Shown one piece after another: positions 62,034 to 64,000 of a stretch of 64,000 nt of DNA. The stretch is from Lama guanicoe (Eukaryota): contig MU054212.1 in NCBI GenBank assembly GCA_013239625.1, forward strand, positions 5,552,270-5,616,269. Reading direction: 5' to 3'. Both the position numbers and the translations under genes were made by a program. The notes below the pieces were generated by a model. The model was given only the letters and a program-made list of their open reading frames with translations. It was not told the DNA's origin and searched no databases. Every line of letters starts with the position of its first letter. Within the stretch, counting starts at the first letter, position 1.

Positions 62034-63142
62034 AAAAGGTTAAATGAGCAGCTTAGTTATTTGGAGGCAGCTGACGTCAGACAGCTGCTTAGTCACTACA
62101 GGGATGGATGAACGGATGGGCAGGGGATGAGCCAAAGGATACTGGACAGAGCAGAGACTAAAAGTGCAAGAAATCTGGCTGAGTATCTTGGAATGCTTTT
62201 GCCACATTTTACCTAACTAGTACTAACTCAACTTAATACTAATCTCTGAGCACCCTCCCCCCCACCATGCAGTTACAGGATAAAACTGTGACCGTCAGTC
62301 CCACCTAGTGTATTACTTACATGGAGAAAATGTTTATCCCCATGTCATAAAATCTTTAGATCCTGAAAATATAATTTGAAGCCAATTTGCTAAAATGAAA
62401 AAAAGAAGGAAATTTGATGCTAGGAAATGCCAGATGTAGACATGGGACAACTCCCCTCTCCCCACTCCTCACCAAAGAAAAATGAGCACCTGAGTACACA
62501 GTTACAAAGGTACTAAATACCTAAGTGGAAGCCAAGTTAATTTATGTTTTCCATGACTGTCACATTTTTCTTTATTATTACTATTTATTCAAGTTAAACG
62601 CCTTGCCTGAACTAAGAGCTCGGCCTTTCCCTTAGCCCTTCCCGGGTAAAAGTAAGAAAGCCCTGGCTAGTTCATCTCTCCACCCAGAATCGTCTTCCTC
62701 TTCTCCCAGCTTAGTGAAACTGAGCACGTTAAGTAACTACAGCCTATTTAATGACTAGTAGCAAAAGGAAACCTCGGAACCTTCTGGGCCAAATGCCTGA
62801 GGAGTGAATTCATTCCACGACTCCTTAGAACAACACCAGAACAAGACTGAACAGCGGATTCCCTTGAAAACCTTTAACATCTTGGCTTGAGCAAACCAAA
62901 CATCTGGCCTTCCAGGTCACAAGTCTCTCAACTCTTCCTTGAATTTCCCTCAGATCTGGTTTTGTTTTCCCAGTCTACCTTCTCCGCCTTCCACTCCCGC
63001 CTTACTCTCCAGCCCAGACTGAAGGAAGGAAGTGCACAGTACCGTGCTTGGACTCCCTAATCCTTTGGTTGTTACTCACCAGGAGACAGAAGAGGAGCTG
63101 CTTACAGAAGATGCTCCCTGGGGCAGCGGAGGCCACAGCCAT
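37718..63142 (-). CDS. DSC1: Desmocollin-1, complete spliced gene (a-form 2691 nt, 896 aa; b-form 842 aa)
   Basis: 16 constitutive GT-AG exons join in frame. [21 protein letters not shown] signal peptide, [31 protein letters not shown] adhesion-recognition tripeptide, [25 protein letters not shown]-terminal [17 protein letters not shown]...[11 protein letters not shown] catenin-binding segment. Exons 2, 5, 6, 7, 8, 9 and 11 have the same sizes as their DSC2 paralogues. Confidence 0.98.
38002..38047 (-). CDS. DSC1: DSC1 exon 16: 46-nt cassette exon of the b-isoform (coding part 38012-38047)
   Basis: tag|GAATCCATTAGAGGACACACTCTGATTAAAAATTAAACAGTAAAAG|gtaaat encodes [11 protein letters not shown], the known desmocollin b-form tail. 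Confidence 0.95.
38794..39048 (-). CDS. DSC1: DSC1 exon 15 (255 nt, cytoplasmic)
   Basis: [40 protein letters not shown]...[16 protein letters not shown]; donor GAA|GTAAGT. Confidence 0.96.
39181..39596 (+). mobile_element. MaLR LTR (MLT1B-like) in DSC1 intron 14, next to a MIR remnant
   Basis: ccccaaaattcagatgtt...cctcagaatgtga...gccaacaccttgatct...gagacaataaatttct...tttgttacagcagtcctgggaaactaata, typical of MLT1. Confidence 0.8.
39763..39884 (-). CDS. DSC1: DSC1 exon 14 (122 nt)
   Basis: [41 protein letters not shown]. Confidence 0.96.
40721..40800 (+). mobile_element. Internally deleted tRNA-derived SINE, same family, in DSC1 intron 13
   Basis: gggagggtatagcccagtgg joined almost directly to gggttcaacccccagttcctcca, with the family tail cctaattacccc; tggagtcttc duplicated at 40709-40718 and 40804-40813. 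Confidence 0.8.
40960..41090 (-). mobile_element. MIR fragment
   Basis: ttcattttacgtatggaaaaatgagctcaaagaag...tgatttactcagcatctcatggcta. Confidence 0.5.
41277..41519 (-). CDS. DSC1: DSC1 exon 13 (243 nt, extracellular anchor and start of TM)
   Basis: [28 protein letters not shown]...CDCTTPSDC...[16 protein letters not shown]. Confidence 0.96.
41907..42119 (-). CDS. DSC1: DSC1 exon 12 (213 nt)
   Basis: [71 protein letters not shown] (hand translated; not in the ORF track). Confidence 0.95.
46793..47297 (-). mobile_element. ERVL-class LTR (MER54/MER74-like) in DSC1 intron 11
   Basis: Minus strand starts TGTAGTATAAG and ends ...gggtattgctgagtgcatcttgcaatccaaataaCA, with an internal AATAAA; no target-site duplication visible. 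Confidence 0.5.
47883..48025 (-). CDS. DSC1: DSC1 exon 11 (143 nt)
   Basis: [47 protein letters not shown]; donor CAG|GTAAGT. Confidence 0.96.
48151..48410 (-). CDS. DSC1: DSC1 exon 10 (260 nt)
   Basis: [23 protein letters not shown]...[15 protein letters not shown]. Confidence 0.96.
49910..50095 (-). CDS. DSC1: DSC1 exon 9 (186 nt)
   Basis: [62 protein letters not shown]. Confidence 0.96.
51431..51565 (-). CDS. DSC1: DSC1 exon 8 (135 nt)
   Basis: [45 protein letters not shown]; donor TCT|GTGAGT. Confidence 0.96.
52017..52183 (-). CDS. DSC1: DSC1 exon 7 (167 nt)
   Basis: [31 protein letters not shown]...TPLLDRE. Confidence 0.96.
52449..52719. mobile_element. Probable hAT-Charlie MITE remnant
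   Basis: Imperfect terminal inverted repeats cagcggttctcaa and ttggaaacgctg. Confidence 0.4.
53347..53491 (-). CDS. DSC1: DSC1 exon 6 (145 nt, YAT site)
   Basis: [48 protein letters not shown]; donor G|GTAAGT. Confidence 0.96.
56372..56552. mobile_element. MER5-like hAT MITE
   Basis: caggggatctcaacct ... agggttgagaataattg terminal inverted repeats; internal tgcctgggccccac...aatcagaatttctggg. Confidence 0.7.
56858..57013 (-). CDS. DSC1: DSC1 exon 5 (156 nt)
   Basis: [52 protein letters not shown]. Confidence 0.96.
57852..57968 (-). CDS. DSC1: DSC1 exon 4 (117 nt)
   Basis: [39 protein letters not shown]; gcag acceptor, CAG|GTACAG donor. Confidence 0.94.
59191..59393 (-). CDS. DSC1: DSC1 exon 3 (203 nt)
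   Basis: [31 protein letters not shown]...LEARGKK; donor AAG|GTACGT. Confidence 0.95.
60669..60753 (-). CDS. DSC1: DSC1 exon 2 (85 nt)
   Basis: [28 protein letters not shown]; acceptor tttcgag, donor AAG|GTGAGA. Confidence 0.94.
61998..62031. repeat. (TA)n microsatellite
   Basis: Read directly. Confidence 0.95.
63080..63142 (-). CDS. DSC1: DSC1 exon 1 coding part (63 nt)
   Basis: [21 protein letters not shown]; donor CTG|GTGAGT. Confidence 0.95.
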
Positions 63143-63450
63143 CAGAAGCGGTCCCAGTGGTCAGGGATGGTGGCTGGATAACAGGGCAGCTTGAGATGCA
63201 CAGGGCGGCTTCCGCAGACTCCCAATGGCTGGCACTTGTGCAGGGAATTCTGCAGATGAGCTTGGTTTGGAGAAGAGTCAGGAGGCAAGTGGTAAAAACG
63301 ACAGGAGGAGGAGCAGCAGAATTGCTTTGCTCCTATTCCCGGGTCAGTCTTCGCCCTTGCAATTCAATTACCTCTGAATGTCAAGAGGTTTTCCTGCAAG
63401 TGGGGAGGGTGGGGTGCAAGACACCCCAAAACTCAGCCACTTAGCTCCTC
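63143..63450 (-). promoter_or_regulatory. DSC1 5' UTR and proximal promoter (no CpG island); CACCC/KLF box at 63407-63414
   Basis: Immediately upstream of the ATG; GGGTGGGG motif; no clear TATA box; start site not determinable from sequence. Confidence 0.55.
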
Positions 63451-64000
63451 CTCACAGCTTTCAAAATTTCTCCTGCCACTTGACACATAGGCAGAAGTGA
63501 CAGGGAACACCCTCAGTCCTGGGCCCTCCTCCTTTTCCCCCCAGGTTGATGCTCTGAAGTCCTCCCCAGTTATTACCCACTCCCACGTCCTCCCCTCCTT
63601 CTTAGCCTTATTAACCTGCTTTGCCTCTGGGTACAAACATAGACTGTGCATGAACTCCTTGCGAGGAATTGATGCCTTCTCAGCTGCCGTTGGCAAATCG
63701 GAGACACACAGGCATGTGCGATCACATCCATCAGAAGTTATCTCCCCATCTGAGTGTTTAGGTGTAGTCTGTCACACACAGCACTGTGGTTCTGGGCTGT
63801 AGTCCTGCCAGGGACCTGGCACTCCAGTCTAGGGCAGCAACTGCACGGACGCATTGCGTCCGCTCCTTCTTACTGTCTGCCCACTGTGCTCCGATTCTCC
63901 AGCTGTCACAGGAACTGACCACGGTGTACATAGACCTTATAAAAGTAAGTGAATAAAGAAATAGCGAGGGTATAATTTTCTTACTGTATTCTTTAAAATT

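Overview
This is mammalian genomic DNA from the desmocollin part of the desmosomal-cadherin cluster, with two minus-strand genes in tandem. DSC1 is complete: ATG at 63142, stop at 37718, 16 constitutive coding exons plus the 46-nt a/b cassette exon. My hand splice gives 896 aa for the a-form and 842 aa for the b-form. DSC2 lies downstream: ATG at 24400 in a CpG island, exons 1-14 present (749 codons), and the remaining exons run off the left edge. All 31 exons have GT-AG boundaries, consistent phases and no frameshifts or premature stops that I could find. Four tRNA-Ala-derived SINEs resemble the camelid vic-1 family, which suggests a camel, llama or alpaca source (inference). The rest is intronic and intergenic DNA with old repeats (L1M, L2, MIR, MLT1B, Charlie1, MER5) and an ERV1-type solo LTR. 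I found no convincing new biological system; this is a known locus. The best leads are a CpG-rich patch about 3.8 kb upstream of DSC2 that could be an alternative first exon, an in-place inversion inside an old L1, an intact-looking solo LTR facing the DSC1 3' end, an inverted SINE pair, two GAG splice acceptors, candidate DSC2 uORFs and three perfect CRE sites in DSC1 introns. Repeat family names and human comparisons are from memory, not from searches, and repeat boundaries without target-site duplications are approximate.
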